From: Hypanus sabinus
Lineage: Eukaryota
Direction of reading: 5' to 3'
Assembly (NCBI RefSeq): GCF_030144855.1
Contig: NC_082706.1
Coordinates: forward strand, 127,162,001-127,226,000
Length of the DNA stretch: 64,000 bases
The translations under genes and the position numbers were made by a program. The notes beneath the pieces are model-generated. The model saw only the letters and a program-made list of their open reading frames with translations. It made no database searches and was not told the origin of the DNA. Positions 10,150-21,727 of the stretch are shown here, piece after piece. Every line of letters starts with the position of its first letter. Position 1 is the stretch's first letter.

Positions 10150-10900
10150 GGACTCCACAGGCATTAGATGCTGGGGAAATGGATATTTACAAATGGTGGA
10201 GAACATGCAAGGTGTATCAACAACTGTTTTGCGGAACATCTCTGCTCAGACTACTCAGAGGCTATCCCCAGCTCCCTCTTCAACCTGCCTGCTTTTAATC
10301 CTCTCCTTTGTCCTTCTTCCCCACCCCGCAGTTCCACTTTCACTGACTTTTGTCCCCCTTCCCCCTCCTGGATCCATCCACTCTGCTCACATGGGCTCCC
10401 ATCCACCCAAGCCCTCTATTTCCTATTGTTGTTTAATAGCTTCCAATCTCACCTTTCCTTATCTGAATCCAGCATGGTAGTGCTTTGTATTTCTGCTTGT
10501 CTCCCTTCAGCAGCTGTTTCCTATTTTCCCACACCCCTCCGTGCCAAACTTGCTTGCTATTGTTTTTCCTTCTTTTCCCCTCCCTCTCTTTGTTTGCCTC
10601 CATCTATCATTCACTTGCCATTTCTTTCAACTCTATCCACAATCAACTCCTCTACCTGACTCTCATCTTCACCCCTCCTTGGTCCACCAGTTGCCAACTC
10701 CCAATGCAGGTTTTTGAACCAAGTGTCAATCATTTCTCCTGTTGACCTGCAGGCTCTATCATCTCTCATCTTGCACCCCTCCTCGGGCCACCAGTTGCCA
10801 ACTCCTGATGCAAGATTTTGAATTGAAGCGTCAACCATTTATTTTCTCCTGCTGACCTGCAGACTCTTTCCCATGGATATTTGCTAGATCAAATTCAGTA
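10150..10900 (+). mobile_element. Decayed Penelope-like element 3' region with tandemly duplicated terminal segment
   Basis: CFAEHLCS at ~10223-10247 resembles the GIY-YIG RFxEHL motif. A long pyrimidine-rich UTR follows, then two ~100-bp direct copies at 10660-10757 and 10763-10868. Confidence 0.5.
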
Positions 10901-11151
10901 TTTTTTGTATTGCTATGTCAACACTTTGTCAAAATGATATTAAAGTGAACATATTTCACATATTTCCCAGTATTAAAAGTAAGGTCAGGAAATCTGACTT
11001 AATAAACCTGAGGAAACTGATGTTGTAAGGATCAATGAGACACTGGGTAACAAACTTTTTGATAAACTACTATCTGATGCCACATTCCACAGGGGGTACA
11101 TTCTGGGTCAATGGACACCTCTAAACACAGCTGGGGAGTAGATTTGAAATT

Positions 11152-11285
11152 ATAAGACCATAAGGTGAGCAGAATTAGGCCATTTGGCCCACAGAGTCTG
11201 CTCCACCATTTCATCATGCCTGATCCAATTTCCTACCAGTCCCAATTTCTTGCTTTCTCTCTGTATCCCTTCATGCCCTGAGCCA
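11152..11285 (-). mobile_element. CR1 3' tail
   Basis: ATAAGACCATAAG...AGCAGAATTAGGCCATTTGGCCC...CTGCTCCACCATTTCATCATG is the reverse complement of the tail at 17030-17115. Confidence 0.8.
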
Positions 11286-11315
11286 GAAAATATGAACAAC
11301 AAAATACAGTTTGAA

Positions 11316-13105
11316 TGTTAAAGTCCAAAATAAATTTGTTATCAAAGTACATATATGTCACCATATACAACCCTGAGAACTCATTTTCTTGGGGGCATTC
11401 TCAACAAAATTCATTGATTCTCTTATGGTATTAATCAATAAAGGTTACATCATCAACTTGTGCATTCAACTAGTGTGCAAAAGCCAAACTGTGCAAATGC
11501 AAAATTAAAGAAATAATAAATATATAATTATTATTGAGAACATGAGATGAAGAGTCATTGAAAATGAGTCCACAGTTGTGGGAACATATCAGTGACAGGG
11601 TAAGTGAAGTTATCCCCTTTGATTCAAGAGTCTGATGGTTAAGGGGTAGTAACTATTCCTTAACCTGATGATGTGAGTCCTGAGGCTCCCGAACCTTCCT
11701 TCTGATGACAGCAGTGAGAAAAAAGTGTGATGGTGGTCCTTGATGCTGGATGATACTTTTCTGTGACAGTGATTCATGTAAATATTCTCTAGACGTAACA
11801 TGGAGAGCATTCTGACAGGCTGCATCAGTCTTTGGTATGGCGGGGTGGGGGAGCTACTGCACAGGACTGAAAGAATCTGCAGAGGGTTGTAACTTTAGTT
11901 GGCTCCATTTTGGGTACTAGCCTATAAAGTACCTAGGACATCTTCAAGGAGTGGTGTCTCAGAAAGGCAGCATCCAGTATTAAGGACCTCCAGCACCCAG
12001 GGCATATCCTTTACTCACTGTTACCATCGGGTAGGACATACAGAAGGCTGAAGGCACACACTTAGCAATTCAGGAACAGCTTCTGCTCCTCTGCCATCCA
12101 ATTCTTAAATGGATGTCAAGCTCTTGGACACTACCTCACTTTTCTAGCGCATATTATTCCTGTTTTTTGCATGATTTGATTTTTAATCTATTCAATATAC
12201 GTTACTGTAATATATTTATTTATTATTATTATTGTTTTGTTTTTTTCCTTCTATATTATGCACTGCATTGAACTGCTGCTGCTGCTAAGTTAACAAATTT
12301 CACGTCATATGCCGGTGATAATAAACCTGATTCTGATTCAGTGGTGGGGAGGGATTTACCCATGATGGACTGGACTCTATCCACTATTTTTGGTTGGATT
12401 ATCCTTTCCAGGACATTGGTGTTTTTAATGCTAGGCTGTGATGCAGCAACGTGATATATTTTCTCCGTATATATTCCGTAGAAGTTTTTCAAAGTTTTAG
12501 ATGTCATGTTGAATCTTCACAGGAAGTAGAAGCGCTGCTGTGCTTTCTTCATAATTGCACTTGCGTGCTGACCCAAGACAGATCCTCAAACAATAACACT
12601 AATGAGTTTAAAGTTACTGACCCTCTCCACCTCTGATCCTCCTGTGAGGACTGGCTCATGAACCTCAGGTTTTCTTCTTAAATAATCAGCTCTTTGATTT
12701 TGCTGACATTGAGTAAGAGGTGGTTGTTATGGCACCACTCAGTCAGATTTTCAATCTGCCTCCAATATTACCATCTTAAGTTCAGCCTATGACAGTGGTG
12801 TCATTAGCAAACTTGAAAATACCATTGGAGTTCTGCTTAACCACAGTAAGTGTAAAGTGTAAATTGAGTAGAGCAGGGGGCGAAGCACTCAGCTTTGTAG
12901 TGCACTTGTGCTAATGGAGGTCATGGAGGAGATGTTGTCGCCAATCCAAACTGATGGGGCCTACAAGTGAAGAAATCTCACAAGGAGGTATTCAGGCCAA
13001 GGTCTTGAAGCTTATTAATTAGTTTTGATGGATGGTATTGAATGTTGAGCTGCAGTCAATAAAGAACATCCTGATGTATGCATCTTTGATCTCCAGATGT
13101 TCCCG
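11316..13105 (-). mobile_element. Rex1/Babar LINE (RT and 3' UTR), interrupted by an opposite-strand Rex1 fragment
   Basis: Minus frame HLEIKDAYIRMFFIDCSSTFNTI at ~13030-13100. 3' tail at 11316-11400. The sequence before ~11785 resumes at ~12339. Confidence 0.8.
11786..12338 (+). mobile_element. Nested Rex1 3' fragment
   Basis: Has MESILTGCI, IIKDLQHPG and RNSF remnants; tail AATAAACCTGATTCTGATTC. Confidence 0.8.
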
Positions 13106-13124
13106 GGCTGAGCCATCCAGGGTG

Positions 13125-13455
13125 GCACAGAGGCTCAGCTGATAGACCCATGGTCTCATAGCTCCAAACACTTGGGTTCTTCCTGATTTCTGGAGCCAAC
13201 TGGGCGAAATTTGTCCTTTTTCTCTCTGAAGGTCAGGCTTTCCACCGAGTGTTCCAGATTCCTCCTGCATCCTCCTACAATGATGCAGAGGTTGCTAAAT
13301 TAATTGTCCATTGTAAGTTGACCACATTAGATAGAATAGTGACAGAGTACTGGGAAAATCATGAAAAGAAATAAAGCGTAAGTACAAAATGGTGGTTGAT
13401 GGCCTGTGGACATGATCAACCAAAGATTGTGTTTCTCTGTGTGTGAGACTATATG
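13125..13455 (+). mobile_element. Decayed HE1-like V-SINE
   Basis: tRNA-like head GGTGGCACAGAGGCTCAGCTGATAGA, V-domain-like core and CR1-like tail. Confidence 0.55.
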
Positions 13456-15711
13456 AATTGGAATGGGTTTTTGGGAATTGGTTTATTATTGTCACCTGTA
13501 CTGAAGTATAATGAAAAGCTTGTCTTGCATACTGCTCATCCCGATTGAAACATTACAACATGTATTGAGATTGGTCAAGGCAAAACAATACCAGAATACA
13601 GAACAAAATGCAGCAGCTACAGTCAAAAGGGGAGTGCAGGTACACAATAAGGAGCATGATGATAATGTGGTACACTGTGAGGTCAAGGGTCCGTCTTGAT
13701 CTCAAAATCTACCTCCTTATGCTTGGAACATGAGGTAGTGTATTACCTAAGGTTTGTAGACTGATTGTACATCAGGTTTGTTGTGATGACCTACCATCGA
13801 GGTGGGATTGAGCAGGAAATCTGAGAGCAGGAATAGATGAAATTTCACATGTAACGTGTATGTTAGAGCTGTCTGCTTTCGAGTTTCCTTTCAAACAGGT
13901 GGCAGATGAAAGAGACAATGAGAGATTAAGACAAATGAGAAATCTCTGATTATGAAGAGTGGGAGATGCAATTGAGTGCTTCATGCAGTCTGGCACTATA
14001 GATTTTATTCACTACATGGTTGTCTGCCTTTATCATAGGTAATGGATGCAGGTTAAATGCAGCAGTTCATTAAACGGAGAAGAATTGATTTGCCATGGGC
14101 TTTCTCAAGTGGAGTTTGTAAAAGGAGTGCAGCTCCCTGGGGGACGATATATTAACAGAATCTGCTTATCTCAGTAACCAAGCAATAAAAATAATCATTG
14201 CTGTGCAAAGGTTCTCAGGGTTAAACCCGACCTATTAATTCAGACATACTGTATGAACCTGATGTTCGGCAGAGGTATAGAGGCAGGTTCGAAGTTCAAA
14301 GTAAATTTATTATCAAAGTACTTGTATGTCACCATATACAATGCTGAGATTCATTTTCTTGTGGACATACAGAGTAAATCTAGGCAACTTTAAAACAGTC
14401 ATGGGGGATTTCAATATGCAGGTAGATTGTGAAAATCAGGTTGGTGCTGAACTCCAGGAGGGTGAATTTCTAGAGTGCCTATGAGATGGCTTTTTAGAGT
14501 AGTCTGTGGTTGAGCCCTCTAGGAGATCACCTGTTCTAGATTGGGCATTATGCAACGAATAAAATTTGATTAGAGTGCTTAAAGTAAAAGAACCCTCAGG
14601 ACAAGTGATCATAATATAATCAAATTCACCCTGAAATTTGAGAAGAAGAAACTAAAGTCAGATGTATCAGTATTACAGTGGAGTAAAGGGAATTACAGAA
14701 GCATGAGGGAAGAGTTGGCCAGAATTGATAGGAAAAGTACACTGGCAGGGATGATGGCAGAGCAGCAATGGTTGGAATCTCTGGAAGCAGTTCCAAAGGC
14801 ACTGGATATATATATCCCAAAGAGCAAGAAGTATTCTAAAGGAAAGATGACACAAGCATGGCCAACAAGTGAAGTCAAAGCCAACATAAAAGCCAAAGAG
14901 AGAAAACATAATAGAGCAAAAATTAGTGGGAAATTAGAGAATTGGGAAGCTTTTCAAAATGAACAGAAGGCAACTCAGAAAGTTATTAAGGTAGAGATGG
15001 AATATGAAAGTAAGCTAGCCAATATTATTGAAGAAGATACCAAAAGTTTCTGCAGATACATAAAGTGTAAAAGAGAGGCAAGAATGGATATTGGACCATT
15101 GGAAAATGATGCTGGAGAAGTAATAATGGGGACAAGGAAATGGTGGATGAACTGAACAAGTATTTTGCATCAGTCTTCATTGTGGAAGACATTACAGTAT
15201 GGTTGAAGTTCCAGGTGTCAGGGGTCCTGAAGTGTGTGAAGTTACCATAACTAGAGAGAAGGTTCTTGAGGAAATTAGATTAGTCACCTGGACCAGATGG
15301 TGTACACACCAGGGTTCTGAATGAGAAGGCCAAAGAGATTGTGGAGGAATTAGTAATGATCTTTCAAGAATCATTACACTCTGGAATGGTTCCAGAAGAC
15401 TGGAAAATTGCAAATGTCACTCCACTCTTCAAGAAAGGAGAGAGGCAGGAGAAAGGAAATGATAAGCCAGTTAGTCTGACCTCAGTGGCTGGAAAGGTAT
15501 TGGAGTTGACTATTAAGGAGGAGGTCTCAGAGTACTTGGAGACATATGATAAAATAGGCTGTTGTCAGCATGATTTCCTCAAGGGAAAATTTTGCTTGAC
15601 AAACCTGTTTTAATTCCTTGAAGAAATAACAAGAGGGATAGACAAAAGAGAATTGGTTGATGTTGGGTACTTGGATTTTCAGAAGGCCTTTGACAAAGTG
15701 TCACTCATGAG

Positions 15712-15842
15712 CACACACAAGGAAATCTGCGGATGCTGGAAATTCAAACAACATACACAAAATGCTGGTGGAACACAGCAGGCCAGGCAGCATCTATAAG
15801 GAGAAGCTCTTTTGACGTTTCGGGCCGAGATCCTTCGTCAGG
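15712..15842 (-). mobile_element. Penelope-derived short repeat inserted in CR1, with intact hammerhead core nucleotides
   Basis: Minus strand 15841-15814 reads CTGACGA-A-GGATCTCGGCCC-GAAAC-GTC, followed by the family tail ...GATGCTGCCTGGCCTGCTGTGTTCCACCAGCATTTTGTG. Confidence 0.75.
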
Positions 15843-16603
15843 TATTACCTATCAGATAAAACCTATGGTATTACAGAAAAGATTCTAGCATGGATAAAGC
15901 AGGGGCTGATTGGCAGGAGACAAAGAATGGGAATAAAGGAAGCCTTTTCTGGTTGGCTACCGATGACTACTGGTGTTCCACAGGGGTCTGCATTGGGACC
16001 AATACTTGCTTTGGATGATGGACTTAATGGCTTTATTGCAAAGTTTACAGATGATAAGAAGATAGGTAGAGGGGCAGGTAGTTTTGAGCAAGTAGAGAGG
16101 CTACAGAGGACCGACAGATTAGACAGGAAAATGAGCAAAGAAATGGCAGATTGGAAGTGTGTGGTCAGGCACTTTGGTAAAAGAAATGGAAGGGCTGACT
16201 GTTTTCTAAAGAGACAAAATACAAAAAAACTGGGATACAAAGGCATTTGGGAGGATCCCCTAAAGGTTAATTTGCAGATTGTGTCTGTAGTGAGGAAGGT
16301 AAGTGCAATGTTAGCATTCATTTCAAGAGGACTAGAATATAAAAGCAAGGATATAATGTTGAGAATTTATTTAGCACTGGTGAGGCCTCACTTAAAGTTT
16401 TTGAGTAGTTTTGGGCTAGTTCTCTTAGAAGGGATGTGCTGAAACTGAAGAGTATGCAAAGGAGGTTCACAGAAGTATTCCAGGATTGAATGTCTTGTCA
16501 TGTGAAGAGCGTTTGATGGTTCTGGGCTGGAATTCAGAACCATGAGGGGTGACCTCATTGAAACCTATTGAATGGTGAAAGGTCCTGATAGAATAGATGT
16601 GAA

Positions 16604-16810
16604 GAATCAAAATCAGGTTTATTATCACCGGCATGTGTCATGAAATTTGTTAACTCAGCAGCAGCAGTTGAATACAATACATAATATCTAAGAAAGAAAA
16701 ATAATAATAATCAATATCAATTACAGTATACATATATTGAATAGATTAAAAATTGTGCAAAAACAGAAATATATTAAAAAAAGTGAGGTAGTGTTTAAGA
16801 GTTTAATGTC
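16604..16810 (-). mobile_element. Rex1 3' UTR inserted in CR1
   Basis: AATCAGGTTTATTATCACCGGCATGTGTCATGAAATTTGTTAAC is the reverse complement of the 12280-12338 tail. Confidence 0.8.
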
Positions 16811-18851
16811 CTATGGTGGGAGAGTCTAAGAACAGAGGACACAGAGGGGCGTCCTTCTAGGTGAGAAATTGCTTTAGCCTATGATTGGTGAATCTGTGGA
16901 ATTATTTGCCAAAAGCAGCTGTGGAGACTAAGTTTGTATTTGTATTTGAGGCAGAGGTTGATAGATTCTTGATTGGCTAGTGAATGAAGGGATACGGGGA
17001 GAAGGCAGGGGATGGGGTTTAATAGGAAAATTGGTTCAGCCATGATGAAATGGTGGAGCAGACTCGATGGACCAAATGGCCTAATTCTGCTCCCATATTT
17101 TATGGTCTTGTGGTATAAATCCAAGAAACACAATCGAATCCATGAAAGATGGCGCCCAACAGGACAGGCAAACACCAATTGGAAAGGTCAATAAACTGCA
17201 AATACAATAAGAAAAGAAAACACAATAAAAATAATTAAATGAGCAATAAATATCAAGACATGAGATGAAAGAGAGTTGCCAGATTGTGGGAACATTTCAA
17301 TGATGGGGCAAGAGAAGCTGAGTGGAGTTATTACCTCTGGTTCAAGAGCTTGATGGTTAAGGAACTATGTCTGGGTCCTGAGGCTCCTGTAGCACCTTCC
17401 TGATGGCAGCAGTGAGATGAGCATTATCTGGCTGGTGGTGGTCCCTGATGAAGGATGCTGCTTTCCTGCAACAGTGCTCCATGCAGATGTGCTCAATGCT
17501 GGGGAGGGACCCATGATGGACTGGGCAGTATCCACTACCTTTTGCAGGAGTTTCCATTCAAAGGCATTGGTGTTTCCATTTCAGGCAGTGGTGCAAATGG
17601 TCAATATACTCTCCACCACACCTATAAAGAAGTTTTATCAAAATTTAAGATGCCACGCTGAATCTTTGCTAACTCCTGAAGAAGTAGAGTCACTACTGTG
17701 CTTCATTCTTAATAACACTGGTGTGCTTGGCCCGGGACAGATCCTGTGAAATGTTAACACTGAGAATTTAAGGTTGTTGACCCTCTCCACCTCTGATTCC
17801 CTGATGTGGTCTGGCTCATGTACCTCCAGTTTCCTCCTGAAGTCAATAATTTGAAGTCAGCTCCTTGGTTTTGCTGACATTGAGTGAGAGGTTGTTGTGG
17901 CACCACTCAGTCAGCCTTTTCATCAGCCAACAACAGTGGTGTTGTCAGCAAACTTGTATATGGTATTGGAGCTGTGCTTAGCCATACAGTCATAAGTATA
18001 ATGCGTTCAAAGCAGGGTCTAAGCATATATCCTTGTGGTGCACTTGTGCTGATCGAGATCGTGGAGGTGATGTTGCCAATCTGAACTGACTGGGAGCTGC
18101 AAGTGAGGATCCAATTGCACAAGGAGGTACTGAGGCCAAGGTCTTGAAGCCTATTAATTAGTTTTGAGGGGATGATAGTACAGTATTGAATGCTTAGCTG
18201 CCATTGATAAAGAGCATCCTGATGTATGCATCTTTGTTATCTAGTTGTTCCAGGGTTGAGTGAAGAGCCACTGAAATGCCATCTGTTATGGATCTGTTCT
18301 GATGGTAGGCAAACTGAATTATGTATAGATATATCTAGGGAACTCTTGACAGATTATGAGTGAGGGTTTTATTCCATGAACAATAAGGTGGATACAATCT
18401 TGAGCAATTACAGTAATCTGCAAAAAATCAATATTAAATTAGTTTTGTGTGATAATGTAACTGAGAATCTGACAATAAAATCGGATTTTTTAACATAATT
18501 TCTTGCAGGCCCAACTGAACCCTGTACTAATTCTACTGAATTATTTGCCTGTAGAGCACCATTGGGAAATGTGTTGGATTAATTGAAATTCTTTTCTTAA
18601 ATAATTCTTAAATGTATCTTGCAGGATATCATTAAAAATATTGTTTTTAAAATGATTGGTTTTTAAAGGATTTAACATCCAAAAGATCATTATTAATGTT
18701 TCTTGATCAACTCATCAAAGTAAACATGCCAGAATGGCAATAAAATGATGTATTGCTTATATTTTTGATTAAATAATGTATTTCATTTAAGAGCTGACAT
18801 TTGAGTCTGATTGAATTCCATGTTCTTCACGCAATTTTTTTTTTGTTTTCA

Positions 18852-19350
18852 TTCTTCCCACCATTGAGCACATCTACATGGAGTGCTGTTGCAGGAAAGC
18901 AGCATCTATCATCAGGGACCCCACCACTCAGGCCATGCTCCTTTCTCACTGCTACCATCAGAAAGAAGATACAGGAGCCTCAGGGCTCACAGCACCATGT
19001 TCATGAACAGTGATTGCCCTTCAAATACTTGGGCTTTTGAATCAGTGGGACTTCTTCACTCAACTTCACACGTCCCATCACTGAAATGTTCCACACCCTA
19101 TGGATTCACTTTCAAGAACTCTTCAGCTCATGTTCTTGATATTTATTGCTTATTTTTAATAATTTTTATTTTATTGTGTTTGCACAGTTTGTTGCCTTTT
19201 GCACATTTGTTGCTTGTCCGACCTGCTGGATGTAGTCTTTCTTTGATTTCTATTATGGTTCTTGGATTTACTGAGTATGCCCACAAGAAAATGAATCTCA
19301 GAATTGTATATGGAGACATATATGTACTTTGATAATAAATTTACTTTAAG
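18852..19350 (+). mobile_element. Rex1 3' end
   Basis: HHSGHAPFSLLPSERRYRSLRAHS, with tail AAGAAAATGAATCTCAG...ACTTTGATAATAAATTTACTTT. Confidence 0.8.
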
Positions 19351-20149
19351 CTTTGGGAACACCAATTAATGTTAACGTATTGTAGAAATAATAGTTGCTG
19401 TGATTAGGATAGGCAGTTCTGAGTGATCCTGTCTTCTGCAGATAGATGTCTTTTTAAGACTGAGTAAAAGTTTGGAAACTGTGTAAACGTACAGCATGAG
19501 AACAGATCCTTTGACCCATCACATCCTGGCCAATCACCAACCCACTGTTTTATATCAATCCTACATTGATATCATTTTTAAATTTTTCACACATTCCCAT
19601 CAGCTCTCCCCAGATTCTACTATTCCCCTAGCCACCAGGCAATTTACTGTGGCCAATTTACATATCAACCCCTAGACTTTGATATATAGGATGGAGCAAA
19701 AGTATCTAGGGGAAACCCAGAGATGAAGCGAGCGTTTATATCTCAGTGGATCATAAATCTGGAACTGCTTTCCTCAAAATAACTGGAGGAGCAGAGTCTT
19801 TGACTAGTAATAAGGCTGAAATAGATAGATTCTACGAAGGATGAGGATATGTGGATCTTTAGCTATAATCTGCTGAATTATGATCTTATTGAATAGTGGA
19901 GCAAGCTTGAGGAGCTGTGGTTCAATCATTCTCTTCATTCACATGGTTATGTCCATGTCCATGTAAATTGTATTAGATGACTATCTGCAGTAGCCAGCAA
20001 GTCAGTCAAATCTATGGTTCATTCAAGTTAAGCTTTGGAGTATAAAATGGGAAAATATGACCTATTTCCTTTGGTTCAAAGAATAGAAAAACAAGAAGTT
20101 TTTTTTTCTTAAATGTTATGAAACTACTGAGAATTGTGAATACTGCTTA

Positions 20150-20565
20150 GCACGTTATAGAAACTGGCCTCCCCTCCATCGACTTTGTCTATACTTCTCA
20201 CTGCATCAGTAAAGCAGCCAACATTATCATATCTAGCCTGGAAATTCTCTTTTCTCCCTGCCATTGGGCAGAAGATACAAAAGCCTGAAAGCACGTACCA
20301 TCAGGCTCAAGGGCAGCTTCAATAAGAAGCTGCTATAAGACTATTAGATAGTTACCTGGTATGGCAAGTTGTACTCTTGACCTCACAATCTACCTCATAA
20401 TGATTTTGCACCTTATTCTTTACCTGCACTGCATTCTATCTGCAGCTGTTTACCACTTGTTGAACCTCAATGCACTATGGAATGATTTGATCTGTATGGA
20501 CAGCATGCAAGACAATTTTTTTCACTGTATGTGAGTACATGTGACAATAATAAACCAATTCCACT
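20150..20565 (+). mobile_element. Rex1 3' end
   Basis: GGCAGAAGATACAAAAGCCTGAAAGCACGTACC (GRRYKSLKART), with tail ACATGTGACAATAATAAACCAATTCC. Confidence 0.75.
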
Positions 20566-20604
20566 ATGCATTAAGACAAAGTAAATGACATTACAAAGAA
20601 GGCA

Positions 20605-21180
20605 TGACAGTGCCTCTGCTTGATTTGAAGTTTACGTAGATTTGGGCTGTCACTAAAAACTTTGACGAACTTCTATAGATACACAATGGAAGTTTCCTAA
20701 TTGGTAGCATCGTGACCTGGTACGGAACCAATGCCCAGGAATGGAAAAGTCTACAGAAAATTGTGGATACAGCCCAGTCCATTACAGTCAAAGCCCTCCT
20801 CACTAGATGATAATTTCCTGTGCAGAGCACATTTACAAAGAACGCTGCCCTGGAAGTTAGCATCAATCATCAAAGACACCCAACATCCAGGCTATGGCTT
20901 CTTGCTACCACCATTGGGCAGAAAGTATAGAAGCCTTGGGTCTCTCACCTCCAGGTTCCATGTGGCTCCTGAAACGGCATGGACAGCTGCATTTACCACT
21001 ACTCAGAACTGATTATATGATCTACTGGTTCCTTTCAAGGACTCTGTACATTCTTTGTATTATTCTCATTTGTGCAGTTTGTCTTCTGTATATTGATTGA
21101 ACAGTTTTTTGTAAAAATCTATTGTATTTCTTTTATTTTCTGTAATAACTGCAAAAATGAATCTAAAGGTAGTATAAAGT
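20605..21180 (+). mobile_element. Rex1 3' end
   Basis: ASIIKDTQHPGYGFLLPPLGRKYRSL; the tail is cut at ~21184 by the mariner derivative. Confidence 0.75.
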
Positions 21181-21184
21181 AAAT

Positions 21185-21468
21185 TACAAGGGGTGATATT
21201 TTAAGTTTGTAGCCTAAGGTAGAAGGAGATGAGTTATTAACTTCAAACTTTCTGCACAATCACTCAAAGAGTTGAACTGTATGTGCATGTAACTAGAGCT
21301 GTATAACTCATCTCTTTCTACCTTAGGTCACAAACCTATCAATCACTCATGCTGTGGACACTTTCTGGAGGTCCAAGATCCGCATGCTCCACGACTGCTG
21401 AACTAAGTGTGTCAATGTAGGAGGGGACTGTGCTGAAAAATAAATGTGCTAGGCTTTCTAAAATTGAC
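21185..21468 (+). mobile_element. Non-autonomous mariner (Tc1/mariner) derivative
   Basis: Begins TA|CAAGGGGTGA. Has a ~50-bp inverted-repeat pair (21187-21237 and 21303-21350). 21390-21443 translates HDC*TKCVNVGGDCAEK*, the mariner transposase C-terminus (RW.KC...GDY.EK*). Confidence 0.75.
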
Positions 21469-21469
21469 T

Positions 21470-21727
21470 TTCAGATATGGAATTTGCCATATGAGATTGA
21501 AATCTTTCCAACTGTGATAGGACTGCTGATCTGGGCCGTACCTTTCAAATATCTGGACCTGACTTGCACTGCTGTACTTTCCCTTTTCTATTTTCTAATT
21601 ATGATTTATAATTTAAATTTTTATTATATCTACTTCGATTTGTACTTCAGGGAGCGCGAAGTGCAGAAACAAATATCACTGTGATGATTGTATGCTCTAG
21701 TATTAATTGTTTGGTGACAATGAAGTA
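21470..21727 (+). mobile_element. Rex1-type 3' end
   Basis: ATCTTTCCAACTGTGATAGGACTGCTG (SFFPTVIRLL-like), then an AT-rich UTR. Confidence 0.6.

Larger units (their letters stand above)
14389..17115 (+). mobile_element. Decayed CR1 LINE: end of APE, RT and 3' UTR
   Basis: VMGDFN at 14398, PEDWKIANVTPLFKKG, KPVSLTS, YLDFQKAFDKV, GVPQGSALGP and KFTDD. Tail ATGGTCTTGTGGT. Degenerate 14-bp flanking repeat at 14375-14388 and 17116-17129 (11/14 match). Confidence 0.92.
14288..18313 (-). mobile_element. Rex1/Babar LINE split by a CR1 insertion (Rex1 parts 14288-14388 and 17116-18313)
   Basis: 3' tail at 14288-14388, continued from 17116. Minus frame CNWIL...[17 protein letters not shown] (17907-18122) plus a YIRML-type remnant near 18220. 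Confidence 0.8.
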
